Shown piece by piece: positions 61,216 to 64,000 of a stretch of 64,000 nucleotides of DNA. Both the position numbers and the translations under genes were made by a program. Numbering within the stretch: position 1 is the stretch's first letter; every line of letters begins with the position of its first letter. Below the pieces are notes generated by a model. The model saw nothing but the letters and a program-made list of their open reading frames with translations, made no database searches and was not told the origin of the DNA. Source of the DNA: Parasitella parasitica NRRL 2501 (taxonomy: Eukaryota; Fungi; Mucoromycota); assembly GCA_025201805.1 (NCBI GenBank), contig MU619277.1, positions 155,712 through 219,711 of the forward strand. The letters run 5' to 3'.

Positions 61216-64000
61216 ATGGCTCAAGACAATTGGGGAGATTTTCAATTCGAAGAGACAAAGACTAGCAGCTTCCTTGCCTTACGAAACGATATTAAAGAGC
61301 GCATTTGTCGCTTCTTGCTGGAGAGAAAGGACTTGTATCAAGCTTGCCTTATTCACCCTCAGTGGGCAATTGCCGCGCAGACTGTCTTGTGGGAGAATGT
61401 TACATTCGAACTGCCAGAAAATCTTCGACTCTTTATCAGAAGCATCTCAAACAACAGCAAAACCGCCTTGTTGGTGAAGCATGTACAGCTTACATTTATT
61501 GACCACGATCAGGATACTCCCTTTCCTGCCATCTTAAAGTCAAAGCTTCCTAGACATCAGCTGAACTCTTTATGCGACCTTGAAATCATCACCCATATGG
61601 CTCGTTTATGTGAAAACATCTCAGGCGTCACTATCTATGGCTGGAAACTCAATTTGAAGGACGTAGAGTTTTTGTCTGCGTATGCGAGAAATTTGAAGAG
61701 TTTGTATATCATTGGTGCTCCCTCAAAGATGCCAGTAAATTTCAATACGCTGTTGCCTCATTTGGAAACGTTGCGTTTGGATGGCGCTTTCGGATTGACT
61801 ACCGAATGGGCTGCCTCCTTTGCTCAGAAAGCTACCAACTTGTCTCGTTTGCAGCTCTCTTTGGATGGGATGCAACCTGCAACGTTGCTCGCTGTATGCT
61901 CCTCTCGTCTGGATCTCAACGAGCTCACATTAACAGACGCCAAACATTTACCGGACGAGTATGTTTATAAAGCACTGTGCGCTTTTCCGCGTTTAAAGCG
62001 CTTTTGCGTCGAGGGCTGCGAACAACTATCCAGTGCAGCGCTGGCCCACTGTTTGATGCTTTGCCCTGATCTCCTTGACTTGGAAATCCGTGCAGCCGCA
62101 GTGGCTGGTCCTGCAAACAACATGGATAAATTGCTTGGTGTACTACACAATGTCCAGAATGATGCATCATTGGCTAAGCCCGTGCGTTTGGTCCTTCAAA
62201 ACATGTCCATCACTGACCAGGAGTTGCAGTACTTGTCAAAGTACTTTGTTCATCTTAAATACTTGGGTTTGACAGGGTGCTCTGAATTATCAAACGCTTG
62301 CTTTCAGGACTTTATTACAAACAAAGATTTCAAGTTTTTGCAGAGACTGGCCATACAGCAATGTCTTCGAATCGATTCTAGCCTCTTTGCACTCTTAGTC
62401 GAGTCTCAAGAAATTTCTCGTTCATTGATGCGTGTCTACATGGAATCGTGTGGCTATGTGAAAGTTCAAGACATTTACCAACTTTGCTATCATTGCTCCA
62501 GCCATAACTTGAGAGAGATCAAGATGATTTCCTACCAACACTTATTGGGAACAATGATTGGCTCGTTCAATAAAAGCTCAAGCAGAAATGAAGTGTTACT
62601 GACTCGCGAATCTATAAAGGAACTGATTGCTGATATTGTTTTGACTGGTAAGCAGCTTGTCTCTCTTGCAAATCTTCTGGATATAGAAGTACCGGAACTC
62701 GTAAGGTTGATTGATATAGCTAAAAAGGTACGTTGCTTGATTTTCTGCTGTCTATTACTACCATATTTATGTCAAATATTTTTTTTTTTTTTTGTGGCAG
62801 GAGGATCAAGCTGCAACGAATCTTGGTAAGGCTCTAAATCGGCAGTCTGTACAAATAACAAATATTCATCAGCATTTCTCTTTTGTAGATGTCCACATTC
62901 CTAAACCGTCTCATAATCGGTTATCTGCATTGAGAGCACCTAGCCGTGTTGACCAGCGTCCATCTACTCCCGCCGTCTGGTCGAATGACTTTGCCATGAA
63001 TGGATCGTTGACTTCCAAAATAAGTGAGCCTGCCGCACAACCTTTTGCTGAAGAATTAGAATATCAAAATGACGAGTTCGAGAACGAAGATAGTTTTGAT
63101 GATGACGATGAACAAGACCCATTTGATGAGCCCATCAATGATGATGATGAGTCATCAACCGAAAGCAACAAGTCTCAATCTAGTTGGGAGAACACTAATC
63201 ATGAAACTTTTCATCCTGAAGGCAATCTTGGTGGCTGGGGAGCGCCTGTTCTGAAGAGCTGGGCAACACCCTCAACCTCAACATCAGTATCAACTAGGCA
63301 TTCTAATCCTGTATCATTTAAAGAGGTTCAGGAGGAGCAGCAGCAGCAACTGCGACAGCAACAGCAACAACAGCAAGGACAACAACAATTTACATCGCAA
63401 CAATGGCCTCGCTCTACTACTGAAAATTGGAAACAAGATCCCTTGGAATCTGGCGTAACACACTTCAAGACAAATTTTACTTCGGGCCACTATCGTAACA
63501 CTCCCATTGTGAGCGGAGGTGAAGGCTGGGGCGTAGCGTTAAGGAACGTTGCTTGGGACGATGATAGACAGCAAGGATATGTACCGGAGAAAATAGAAGA
63601 ACAAGCATCTACCAGATTTTGGAATTCTGAAAATTGCGAATATGTCGATTCGTCCAGTGCCGCCACCTTCACTGCTACCGCCAAGCATAAGAATAATGAT
63701 ACGAAATATTCCAATGCTTCGTCAAAAAACAAGAAAAAATTTTCTTCTGCTCATCGTGATCATGATCGTGATCGTAAAATGGACTCTTCTTCATCTGATG
63801 ATGATTATCGTAACGCCGTGTCTAATACCACTACTACTAAGCCAACTGCTTTTACAACCTGGCAGGAAATTGCACAAAGCAAGACTCGCCCAAGACCCAG
63901 CTCTGTAGTTAGCTCGGACCACAGTGTCAACTGGGACGAAGATGACAACAATGTAGAAATTAAAGCTCGCAATGATTTTCCTCCCCTCCAGCCAAGTACT
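61216..64000 (+). CDS. F-box/leucine-rich-repeat (RNI-like) protein with a long disordered Trp-motif C-terminal tail; runs off the window end
   Basis: F-box-like LRNDIKERICRFL..KDLYQACLIHPQWAIAAQTVLW; LRR-CC repeats (CPDLLDL, LGLTGCSELS); phase-0 intron at 62728-62800, then an open frame to 64000. Confidence 0.85.

Overview
A 64 kb eukaryotic window from an AT-rich fungus with short GT-AG introns. Intron style and gene content point to Mucorales (Mucoromycota); this is inferred and the species cannot be identified. About 23 protein-coding genes are supported: a Ppn1-like endopolyphosphatase interrupted by an in-frame TGA, RPL22, a USP36/Ubp10-like deubiquitinase, an SLC35F-like carrier, an unknown protein, an MFS transporter, a small intronless IER/SERTA-like protein, Vts1/Smaug, RPL29, an enoyl-CoA hydratase ending in PTS1, a Zn-ribbon/CUE protein, an Slx4-like scaffold, acetoacetyl-CoA synthetase, an Avt1-like transporter, PP1, a Hal/Npr kinase, PSMD5/Hsm3, an LCLAT-like acyltransferase, an AzgA purine permease, mitochondrial uS2, importin-7/8 and an F-box/LRR protein that runs off the window end. 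Gene-poor stretches (1-2.6, 5.2-8.1, 26-31, 39-40.5 and 54-56.5 kb) are AT-rich. Transposon debris is recognisable at 2.1-2.6 kb (a Tc1-like MITE with 84-bp TIRs), 28-31 kb and 39-40 kb. No tRNA, rRNA or CRISPR array was found. The best leads are (1) a fungal IER/SERTA-like candidate PP2A-B55 regulator, (2) an F-box protein with a Trp/GWG-rich tail resembling an Argonaute hook, and (3) the PPN1 nonsense codon together with the hairpin-forming MITE in its 3' flank. All family assignments come from motif recognition and recall, not database searches.
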